From Lepidodermella squamata (Eukaryota; Animalia; Gastrotricha), in contig JBLDXI010000042.1 in the NCBI GenBank assembly GCA_047495785.1, positions 2,852,001 to 2,916,000 of the forward strand: DNA of 64,000 nt. The letters run 5' to 3'. The notes beneath the pieces are model-generated. The model was not told the DNA's origin and did not search any database. It worked only from the letters and a program-made list of their open reading frames with translations. A program made the position numbers and the translations under genes. Positions 21,404 to 32,354 of the stretch are shown piece by piece (the first letter of the stretch is position 1; each line of letters begins with the position of its first letter).

Positions 21404-21736
21404 GTTTTCCTTTACACCTGCGACATGCCCCAATTAAAAAAGTGTTCGACCCAATTTTCGTTAACCAACGGCTTTTTCGCATACATAACTCAACCACGCA
21501 ACCAAGCCAAAACAAGGCATTTTTGGGAACCTAGGTCCAACGACTATTCAAAATCGCACTTCCTCTTATATGGAAATGAACTCCAAAAATACGCACAGAG
21601 CTCTCTTATATGAACTCGATGCGCTCAATTACTCCTGCGTATGATAATTGAAACTGAAACTACGAACTTGATTTAACAGAATCACACAGTCGGTTTTTTT
21701 GCAATCTGTCCAGAGTTCAAATTTTAGTAAAATATA

Positions 21737-23373
21737 ATGCTGTCGAAGTTATTTTCAGCAGTTTTTGACGTTCCTGCCCAGTTGGTTATTTTTTGCCTAG
21801 ACGGAAAAAGTGATTCTGCCCGATGTTTCTGCCCGCTGTTTCTGCCCGCTCAAACGATTAGGGTGGATTTTTTATTTTCGAAAATCAATTAATGCTCTCG
21901 AAAATTCGGGAAAACCTCTCACCTGAAATAATGTTGCACAACTTCAATTTCCGTTCCCAGTCCCTTTACTACAACCTTCAGACTCTGACCAAACGAGTGA
22001 ACAAGTGAATAACCTTTATTAGAATGTTTAAACTTTAAAACAAGTGTTTGGGCCGGATTAATTGTTAATAACGACGGAGCAATTCGAGAAATTGAAGATC
22101 GGTGTTTCACTTCCACGGAGCCGTCAGCGAGAGCACCGAGGCCCAGGTCGCCAATATCAAAAGTGATCTCCATTGAAAATTCGACGGAAATTCGCAATAT
22201 TCAATTGATAATAAAACAAGGAAATGAACAACGAACAAAAAAAATTCAAAAAAAAAATTTGCTACAAATTTTAAGCTGGATTTCTTATTTTCGTTATTAA
22301 CAACGGTCATCTTTCATACGCACTATACACCATTCCCCATTTTCACTCGTCCGAGTGTCGGATTAACGAAAATAACCAACTGGGAAGGAACAGGAACTCT
22401 TCCCTTGTGTCTCGGGCAAAACCTCGAATTCAGCCCTTGAAAATACCCTCGGGCTTCGCTCCGCTGCGCTCCGCTACGCCCTCGGGCATTTTCAGCGGGC
22501 AGAATTCTCGGTTCTGCCCTCAACACCGGGAAGAATTCCTTAATTCTTTTGGTTACATCGACTACGCGTAACAATTTTCTTGCTCTCACTCTCGATTTTC
22601 AAACATTTTCAGTTTAGAAGCTCCTGAACGTGACCTTGCGAAACACTTGATAAGCGCGGCGGCTGAGCAAGGAATTATCGGACGACCTGTATCGAATCCG
22701 TAACTCGATCTATTCTCTATAAAACTGTATTGAAGTAACTCTCAGAATTTCGCTCTTAGTGCTGAGGCTGTCAACGTTTCTGTTGAATTGGATTTGAAGA
22801 GAATTATCGGGCTTGATTCGCAAAACTATGTAATGCTTGCGACCACCGTGAGAATGTCATGGAAGGATCCGGTTTTGTCATGGACTCAATCTCGTTACGG
22901 TGGAGTCTACTCGATAGCTCTTCCTGCCGATAAAATCTGGAGGCCCGACATTGTCTTTACCAACGAGTATGAAACTTCGCCATCTATTTCAGCTAAGTAA
23001 ATGCTCTTTTTTACTCAGCAACAATGGCGGAGCTGGAGATCAGAGTTTTAACATGATGGAAACTAATGCTCTTGTTTATTCTAATGGAAAAGTTGATTGG
23101 ATGCCTCGAATGCAGCAAAAGGCAGCTTGCAAGAATATCGATGGAACTTACAAGTGTAAATTGGAAGCCACTTCTTGGCTCCACGATAACGATAAGATTT
23201 ATGTCGAATTCCCTGAAGGAGAATCGGGTGGATTAGATATTTCCAGTTTTGAGGAAACGCCCGGACTGGAACTTGTCAGTACCAAAGCGTCGTTCGAAGA
23301 TAAACAATATCCATGCTGCGAAAACAAGTTCCGTACTTTGAAATTTGAAATCGATATAAAGCGTAAAGATTAA
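21737..23373 (+). pseudogene. Soluble acetylcholine-binding-protein (AChBP)-like gene, copy 1; exon 1 interrupted by a ~770-bp insertion
   Basis: SWKDPVLSW, KIWRPDIV, SWLHD, YPCC and a stop right after the ligand-binding domain. Exon 1 matches copy 2 up to 21773 and resumes at ~22544. Confidence 0.7.
21774..22543. mobile_element. Non-autonomous insertion with a palindromic subterminal motif, ending TTAA
   Basis: Absent from paralogous copy 2. The 3' end has ccctcgggcttcgctccgctgcgctccgctacgccctcggg...ccttaa, reminiscent of Crypton-type non-autonomous ends; family uncertain. Confidence 0.65.
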
Positions 23374-24266
23374 AGTAACTCAGTTACTACTATGAACCTT
23401 GCTATTATTCCTAATTCCTAATATCATTCAAAATTAACTTCGAGGCTCCCATAAGACTGATGCCCTTATACTCTTCCGAAATTCAATAAAATTTCTCCTC
23501 TGATCAGATTGTTGTTGCCACAAATGGGGAAGGAATAAAAGGATCCGGGCCCCCTAAGTCATCCTGTAGTACGCCTCAAGCTCAAATCTTTTACCACATA
23601 CTTCGGTATGAGTCATCAAGACGATGAATCAGCATAGAACGTGGCTATGAGTCATCGTTAAATATCAATCGTGCTGAGATGAAAGGACTATTCTCAAATT
23701 ATTGGCTTATGCTACGAGTATAAGTAAGCTGATTCAGCTGACGCTTTCGGCGGCTGGTTTCGACCTGCTGCTCGCTCAAAAATAAAATATATCCAAAATA
23801 CAATCCATCATAGAGCTATCAGCCGCACTTCATTTCATTCTGGCCATCAGGAATAATGGCAAAAATGCTGCGCCTTTGACGTTTTCCGTGATTTTCAAGA
23901 CAGCGTTTTTGCTCGAGGGGTGACTTGCCGGCCATGAAGCAGCATACATATGTCGTGTAATTAATTAATTGCGGCTCATCGCCAATTGCCCGAAAAACTA
24001 CCGCAGGAATAAGCAAGAAGCAATAAGCAAGTTATTTCCAGTTCTGAATCTCTGCTCGCAGAATTGGGACTGTTATTAAATGCTTAGTACATCACGTACC
24101 GTCATTTGGGGCTATTTGGTATGCGTCAACAAATGACCCCTGGGTTTTTCGCTTTTTTACACGTTTCCAAGGGTCCTGATTCGAATGGCACCCGTATTCC
24201 GAATAGCCCCACGGATGAACTATTATTGACACATATATAGACATCTTATTATTAGAAAATAAGCAA

Positions 24267-24345
24267 GGACGTGTGGCCGAGTGGTTTTTTTCATAGTTGT
24301 CTATGGCGAGATCATTAAAAGGTCAGCGGTTCGATTCCACAAAGG
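24267..24345 (+). other. tRNA-derived (SINE-like or pseudo-tRNA) sequence
   Basis: Pol III A box TGGCCGAGTGG (24274) and B box GGTTCGATTCC (24328); no intact cloverleaf. Confidence 0.5.
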
Positions 24346-24752
24346 TTCATTTTTTAGTTTTTTCGCCTAAATTATTTTTTCTACAGCAAAATAACAGCCG
24401 TTTTTATGGAAACAAACTTATGCCATGCAAATAGTTGGCTTTTAATTAGATAGTTTTTCCTTAATTCGCAGTAAATCAATTAATTTTTAATATTCATTGC
24501 AATCGGGAGCAACTGAGGGACATGTCTTTTCAAGAGAATTAACTAAAAACGCGTTTGAACCTATCCAAATTCCTACCAAAAATCCCGCTTCATAATATTA
24601 TGGAAATCAACTCCAAAAATACACACAGAGCTCTCTGATATGAACTCGATGCCCTCAATTACTCCCGCGTATGATAATTGACACTGAAACTAGGAATTTT
24701 TTATTATTTGACGGGGAATTAAACAGTCGGTCTCAAATTTTAGTGAAATAAA

Positions 24753-25615
24753 ATGTTATCGAGGTTGTTTTCAGCTGTTTTTGATGTTCTTTTGGTTACA
24801 TCGACTACGCGTAACAATTTTGTTGCTCTCACTCTGGATTTTCACAACTTTTTCTGTTAAGAAGCTCCTGAACGTGACCTTGCGAAACACTTGACAAGCG
24901 CGGCGGCTGAGCAAGGAATTATCGGACGACCTGTCTCGAATCCGTAACTTGATCTATTCTCTTCGAAACTATATCGAAGTTACTCTCAGACTTTCCCTCT
25001 TAGAGCTGATCCTGTCAAAGTCTATGTTGGGTTGGATCTGAAGAAAATTATCGGACTTGATTCGCATAACTATGCGACGCTTGCGACGAACGTGAGGATG
25101 TCATGGAAAGATCCAGTTCTGTCATGGACTCCATCTCGCTACGGTGGAGTCGACTCGATAGCCCTTCCTGCCGATAAAATCTGGAGGCCCGACATTGTTT
25201 TTTCCAACGAGTATGAATTCGTAATCTATATCAGCTAAGTATGAGTTCTTAATTACTCAGCTACAATGGCGGAGCTGGAGACCAGAATTTCAACATGATG
25301 GGAACTAATGTTGTTGTGAATTCTGATGGAACAGTTCTTTGGATTCCTCGCATGCAGCAGAAGGCAGCTTGCAAGTATGACGATGGAGCTTACAAGTGTA
25401 AATTGGAGGCCAATTCATGGCATCACGACAACAATAAGATTTACGTCGAACTCCCTGAAGGATCGGGCGGCGGATTAGGTGTTGCCAGTTTTGAGGAAAC
25501 GCCCGGACACGAACTTGTCAGCACCAAGGCGTCGTTCGAAGATGAGGAATATCCATGCTGCCTCGAAAAGTACCGCACTTTGAAATTCGAAATCGTTATA
25601 AAGCGTAAAGATTGA
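24753..25615 (+). CDS. Soluble AChBP-like protein (Cys-loop receptor ligand-binding domain only), copy 2, 4 exons
   Basis: Signal-like MLSRLFSAVFDVLLVTSTT, then ERDLAKHL..RPVSN, SWKDPVLSW, WRPDIV, DGTVLWIP, SWHHD, YPCCLEKY and KRKD*; no transmembrane segments. Confidence 0.85.
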
Positions 25616-26574
25616 AGTAACTCACTTGCTACTATGAAGCCTGCTATTCCTAATTCCTGATATAATCCTAATTTAACTTCGAGGCACCCTTAAAACTGAT
25701 GCCCTTACACTCTTCGGAAATTCAATGAACTTTCTCATCGCATCAGATCGTTATTGCCACAAATGGGGAAGGAATAAAAGCACTTAACCTATGGTTTTTA
25801 TTGAGATCAATTATTAGTATCGTTAAGAAAAAATTCAGGAAACAGCTAGCTCATCCAGCTCCACAGATTTCACAAGAGAACCTTGAGCCGCTATGCGATT
25901 AACTAGATTCCATTCCAGCTGATAAGGTGAAAATTGGCACTGAGCTTTTAGCGTTTTCCGCGATTTTCAAGGATTTTTGCATGAGAGCGGTGACTTGCCG
26001 GCCAGAATTGGGACTGTTATAATAACTATTTAAGCGGACTAATGTAATGCGGTGATATCGTGTGTTCGAGAAATATATATCAGCAATTGAGATTTGCTCT
26101 AAATATTTAGCTTTTGTTTGCATGTACTTTCCGCAATATCCCTTGCATTTTCAAACATCGAATTTGCGATATTATGGCCCGCGTAATGAGCATCGGCATC
26201 TGGCTAACGAACATTTAAAGTTTCAATTACACAAGCTGATCACCAACGTTAATCTCAGTGAATAACACACCCATAGTATTAAAATTCGGTGTAATTTGGC
26301 GAAAGAGTGAACCCCTGCGAAAGAGTGAATGTGCATATTTATCACAATATAGCTAGTAGTACACTGTACCTAGCCCACAAAAAATGATGCTCAAAACAAC
26401 TATATTCACCGGCATGCTATGTGTAAATACTAGCATAGATAAGCTATAGTATATAGCTCGCGTGTGCAAGTCCGACTTTCTGAGGCACTAGAACCATTTC
26501 TTTACTACAACACTAACGTAACAAAATAACATTTCGGTTTTACTACATAGGATACAACATTTTTACAAGCAAAA

Positions 26575-29500
26575 ATGGCAAGTTGTTGCGGCGGAAAAAG
26601 CAAAGAACCAGTCAGGTAAATTACCCGATCATTTTAAAATTAAATAATCAAGTTTTGCGTGAATAGATTCGTCATCACATGCCCTCAATTCTATGGAAGC
26701 CATCAAGCTTACAGCTTCCACATCAATTTGCTTGAGAGTGGACGAATCGGTCTACCAGCAAAATTCACAGCTACCTTGGCATGGCGAGATAAGGACTGGA
26801 AGGAATGCAAAATCAGTCAAGATTTCATTCAAAGATCATGTAAGGAAATCATTTGTAACCGCTCATAATTGAAGGCGTCTTTAAATATTTTACAGTTGGC
26901 ATTCAGAAGCATGTGTTTGAGGTAATGATATTACGTGTAGCTTTTAGATGACAATCTATATTTCCTATGATTTTTATAATTAGAAAATGGATACGTCTTT
27001 GAATTTCCATTCGAACCCCCAGCTATCAGTCAAGTTCAGTCGATTCTGCGGTAGTAGAATACTGAATTTCCACGATCTTCAGTTCTTGAATAATGAATAT
27101 CTCTTCATCCAAACCGACAAAGCAATGTACAAACCTGGCCAAACCGTCCACTTCCGGGTGTTGGCCATTGATCGCCAACTGAATGCTTTGCAGAAGAAGA
27201 TCACCGTGACAATTCGCGACGCAGAAGGCAGCGAAGTTGAAAGATGGTCTAATCAAGATTTGTCGCGAGGAATTTTCGGGAAATCGATCGAATTAACCGA
27301 ATTATCAGCTATTGGCCACTGGACGATCAACGCACTGGTCGATGTTGAAAATGATGAAGAACAGACTCGTAGAAAGACTGAGGCCTCGAAATCTTTCGTT
27401 GTCGAGCAGTACGTTCTACCTAAATATGAAGTGAAAGTAGACTTCCCAAATCGTCCTTACTTGGTTTTCACCGAAAATGAGGAAGAATATCAAGCGTTTG
27501 TTCGAGCCAAATATACGTTCGGGAGAACTGTTCGCGGGAAAGCAACAGTTGCCATTAACCGCGATGGTATGAATGCATTCTTGACAAGAACAGTTCAACT
27601 CAAGGGCGACGGGTCAGAGGATGACGGGAAATTCGACTTGATTGGTTTGAAGAAATTCATGTTTGCTAATAGCATGGAGACGGGAATGATATGGCGACAT
27701 GCGACCCATAAAATCGGTTTCTTGATCACGGTTACAGATGAATTAACTGGGGAAATTCTGACCAACTCATCGGAACAATTTATCCGGCTCTACGCTGTAC
27801 CTTACTCTATCAAGGTCCACGAATCAGTCCGCGGAAAGTCCCTTCAACCCGGCGAGACTTTTCGACTATTATTCCATGTTACCCTTCCTGATGGAAGAAA
27901 TCTGGAGCCTGGGAAGCATTTGGACGTGTCGATTTCATATCACAGCGACAGCCAAGCTTCAAAGCAGATTGTGGCAAGGACTGATGACCTTGGCATGGTT
28001 TCTGTTGGCATCGATATTCCATCGTCTGAGGATATCAACCAATTATATACCGAAGCTTCGCTTTGTGATTACCCGGATATATCCGTCAGTGAATATTTTT
28101 CCAAGCCCAACACTGTTAGTTTTGAGTCAATAGCAATTGTCCTTGATCGACTGAAGCCGGGGATCCCAAAAGTTGGCGACGATATTCAAGTCTCCATCAA
28201 GACTTCGTTTGATACCGGATTCATTTTCTTCCTGGTAAGATTGTTGCTTTCCAGCTTATATTCAGCTGATTTTGCGGTATTATTTAGATGGCTAAAAATG
28301 GCGAGGCTTTTGATTATCATAAACTGGATCATCCGAATGGTAAAGGCCAGGAATTTTCGCTGACTATCAAACTGCCACATGACGCCGTCCCGCGTTGTTC
28401 GATTGTCGTTTGGACCGTACAACCTGAGGCTAACGAAGTTTTAGCATCAGCTGTCGACTTCAAAGTTGATGGATTATCTCGACAGGCAGTTAAGGCGGGA
28501 TTTACGCCAGCCCTGGTTAGACCTGGTGGGATGACTGATGTCACTGTTGAAGCTAGCGAGTCTAATGCGGTCGTAGCTATGTTTGCAGTAGACAAAAGCG
28601 TCAAACTTTTACGATCTGGAAACGACATCACCTTGGATGATGTTGTAAACAATGTCTCGCAGAAACCAGACAGCTATCATCCGGCTGCTCCCCGCCTTTG
28701 GATATGTCCGTTGCCCGGCGGAGAAGATTTTGTCGATAAAGACGTTTGGCAGCCTGTTTACACAAATTCAGCGAGTGCCGAGACAGCATTTGCGGTAAGC
28801 CGGGTCGCCAATATTTTTCTGTGATTATTTAATCTAATTTCTCATACAGAGTGCAGGAATCTCGATGAAGTCGAATGCTATTCCAAAAGCTCAACCTCTA
28901 CCATCTTCCCAGGGAAGGAAGATGTTCAAAAAGAGCCTTGCATTTGGAGGTGCTGCTGCGCAAATGGAATGTGCTCCGATGGCGCGATACGCTGCGGCTC
29001 CTATGCAAATGAGCTATGCTTTGCGAGACGGCGGGCTTCCAGGCGATGACGAGAACGAAGCGGGACGTGGGGGCATGCTGATGAAGTCTGCCGTGGAAGA
29101 AGAACCTTCAGTTCGCTTAATTTTCCCGGAGACATGGTTCTGGCAGACCGAGTCAGTCAATCCAAAGGACAACAAGTTGCTTCGAACTTTCAAAGCGCCT
29201 GATACCATCACCAACTGGCTCTTGAGTGCATTCGTTGTTGGCGACAGTTTAGGTTTCGGCGCCTTATCCGAGCCTGCAGAGTTGACAGTTTTCCAACCTT
29301 TCTTCGTCAGTCTCGATGTGCCATATGCCACGGTTATCCGAGGAGAAGAAATTGCGTGCAAGGTCGTTGTTTTCAACTACCAAAAGACTACTCTTGCTGT
29401 CGAGGTTACCTTAAAACAAGCACCTGACTACGAGCTTGACACCTACAGCGCGAATTTATCCATCGATTCAAATTCTAGCAAAGCTTTCTCAGTCTGGCTG

Positions 29501-31303
29501 AAACCTAAACGAATTGGCGAGATCGCAGTTGAAGTTAAGGGCGTTTCAGATGCTGGATTCTCTGACGCTATGCAAAAAACCGTGAAAGTTGAGGCTGAAG
29601 GCGAGCGACGCTTCCGTAGCTCCTTGATTTTCCTGCGCTGCGAGGATGCTACGAAGTTGGACTCGGCATTACATTTCCAGGCTCTTGAGGATCTCCCCGT
29701 TTGCGTTGAAGGTTCAGAGCTGAGCCAGATTCAGGTATTCGGAGACCTTCTCGGCCCAACTTTGCAAGATGTCGAGTCAGGTGAATTATATTTACCTGAT
29801 GAAAACGTTGAGGATCTACTTTCAATCATCATCTCGAAAGTTTACACTCTCAAGTACCTTGCCCTTGTCGATCAGCTGAATCCAAAGTTGAAAACAAAGC
29901 TTACCACGGCAATTTACAGAGCTTATCAGCGAGTTTTGAAGCTCCGAGAGCCAGATTGTGGTTTCAAGCCTTACGGACCGAGTCAAGAGAAGGCAAAAGC
30001 TAGTACTTTCTTGGCGGCTCTTGCTGTTCGGGCATTGAACGCTGCCTTGAAAAACTGTGGGCCTGCAAAGATTGCGCAGCATGAAATTTCCCGCATTTGG
30101 GGCTTTGTCGCTCAAAATGATAACAGAGATGGGACGTTTGCCGAACACAGCAACAGCCAAGGCTATGAGAAGAAGTTTGAATTATTTCTCCCGGCCTATA
30201 TTTACATCACCCACGCCGAGGCTGAGCGGCAGGATGATTTCGAGCTGTCCTCATTCGTCGAGACGCGTAAATACCTCACGAATCGTGTTGCCGAAAAAAC
30301 AGCGCAGTTCAATTTCTACGAGATGGCCGTAGTCGCCTACGCGTTCTCGATCAAGACGGAAGATCGAAACACTAATTTGTCGGATGGTTTGGTATCCAAG
30401 CTGTTAGCTGCGAATAAACCAAGCTCGAAAACCACTTATTGGGAAGATCCTGCAGCCGCGAATGCAGTAGAAACGGCTTCTTACATCTTGCTTACTCTTT
30501 GCAACCTGAAACGATATGACGAAGCCGCCGGCGTTGCGCGATTCCTCTTGAGCCACCAGAACGTGAATGGAACTTTCGTCAATGCTCAGATTACGTCGCT
30601 CGCGCTTCAAGCATTGTCGGAATTCGCCGCAACTATTCCGATTCGAACAACTGAATTGAAGGCTACAGCTAGTGTCCATTTTGATGACGATGCGGAACCG
30701 CCAAGCGTGGCCAAGCAATTCAGCATTGATAAAGAAAGTGTAAAAACGATGCAAATCTTGGATTTACCGGCAAAGAGGCAAAAATTCAAGTCTGTCTCTG
30801 TTAAAGCTGACGAAGGTTCTGGTGTCGCCCTCTTCAAACTCCTGCAACGCTACAATGTTGTCTCGGACGCAGCCTTGACAGATTCTGGAGATTTCGATCT
30901 CAACATCGGGGAACACGAACTGTCAACAAAGGATGCTGTTCTTCTGAAAATTGCCGTGCGCATTAAAACGGAGCGAGCACGGACTTGTGGGGTGATTGTA
31001 GCTGAATTTAATTCCCCAACTGGCTGGGAAATAGTAGCAAACGATACCGAAAGTAGAAGCCGTTTAGTTGCGGCTGGAGCCTTGAAGCTCGTTGAAGCTA
31101 GCCAGCGTAAAATTTCGCTCTTTATTCAACGAGACGCCGAGGAGTTTGCCGAAAAAGGCGATGAGATTCATTTGGTACTCAAGCTTGGCCGTTTGCCTGA
31201 CCCTGTTCGCAACGTTCAGAAGGCAGTCGCGCGAGTTTTCAGTTACAGGGAGCAAACGATCGCTACAAAATCTGTGCTTTACGGCTTTGATCAAATGTCA
31301 TAA
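26575..31303 (+). CDS. TEP/CD109-like alpha-2-macroglobulin-family protein lacking the thioester; multi-exon
   Basis: FIQTDKAMYKPGQTV, FVVEQYVLPKYEV, AKYTFG, AVDKSV, FPETWFW, PDTITNW, FQPFFV, RGE, VETASY and ALQAL. The GCGEQ site reads ENVED (29801-29815). The first exon reads MASCCGGKSKEPV. Confidence 0.85.
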
Positions 31304-31676
31304 GTCTCTAGACAAACGCTATTTCTAAAGTCGCATTGCCCTAGTGCTTTTCTTTGCCAGCTTTTTCGCTTTTTGTTTTCGATATATACAATAAAATCTA
31401 CCATGAAAACAAGTGCACAGGTAAATTTGTTGTGATCCCTGCGGACATGTATGTGGGCCGACTTGATGTTGCTCTCAGGATTTGCCCTTGATTATATACA
31501 ACTGCGGTGATAACAATATCGCAAAAATGACCCCACCATTTCCTGCGCGATAAAACACTAGCACAACAACCAACAAGGCGGGTCAGTTTTGTAAAGCATA
31601 TTTAATAGTAATTCCATAATAGTGGTTTTAGGCCAATTTACCAACAGGAGAAATAGTGCGGTTCTTTTAGAAAATC

Positions 31677-32159
31677 ATGAAGGCCGATTCAAGCGCAGAC
31701 GAATCAGAGGTTTTGAAGAGCAAGGCTGATGACTCACCTCCGGCGACGCCACAGATTACTCCACAGCCTATAGTCTATTACTACGCTACAGGCGAGAATC
31801 CAAGGCAATCAGCTGTATCACCTAGACAGTCGGCAAATCAAGTTTTCTCAAGTCTTTCAGTGCCTGCGAGCACTCGTGGCGAATCAGTGGTTCTGGTTAT
31901 TCAACCAGATAGTGGGCCTTCCGCCGAACAAATGCGACAACGAGCGCTAGCTGTTTCGGTCATCTCACTGTTCATGGGATGCATCTGCATGTCGATACCG
32001 GCGATCGTTCGTGCATGCAACAAAGGTCGATCGCGAAAGTATTATTTGTTCACTTTGCGACTATCGATTGGATCAATCTTCGCCGGATTAGCTGTAACCG
32101 GACTTGCATTTGCGCTCTTCTTCCTTTTTACCGTTCCGTCACCGACGGGTGGATATTGA
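31677..32159 (+). CDS. Small membrane protein, CD225/dispanin-like (two C-terminal hydrophobic segments)
   Basis: Pro/Gln-rich N-terminus, ALAVSVISLFMGCICMSIPAIVRA, then LSIGSIFAGL.. helix. Confidence 0.55.
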   Translation: MKADSSADESEVLKSKADDSPPATPQITPQPIVYYYATGENPRQSAVSPRQSANQVFSSLSVPASTRGESVVLVIQPDSGPSAEQMRQRALAVSVISLFMGCICMSIPAIVRACNKGRSRKYYLFTLRLSIGSIFAGLAVTGLAFALFFLFTVPSPTGGY

Positions 32160-32354
32160 TTACTGTAATGATAATTCGTTTAGTTTATCAAAAAACTTTT
32201 AAATTAACATTCCAATGTCGGAAATAAATTCTACATTTTCCTAATGTTTTACCAAAAAACACAATGCACTCTTGTTTATTTTGAGTAAACATAAATTAAT
32301 CATTATTTGCAGCCGACCATAATTGCCTTTCTGATTATTTTTTAATATGACATA

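Noticed and set aside
24267-24345. Functional tRNA gene
   Set aside because: An internal T-run and no acceptor or anticodon stems.
26298-26330. GCGAAAGAGTGAA doublet, and the ggggctatt/aatagcccc inverted pair at ~24105-24210, as MITE ends
   Set aside because: Too short, and no matching partner terminus or TSD was found.
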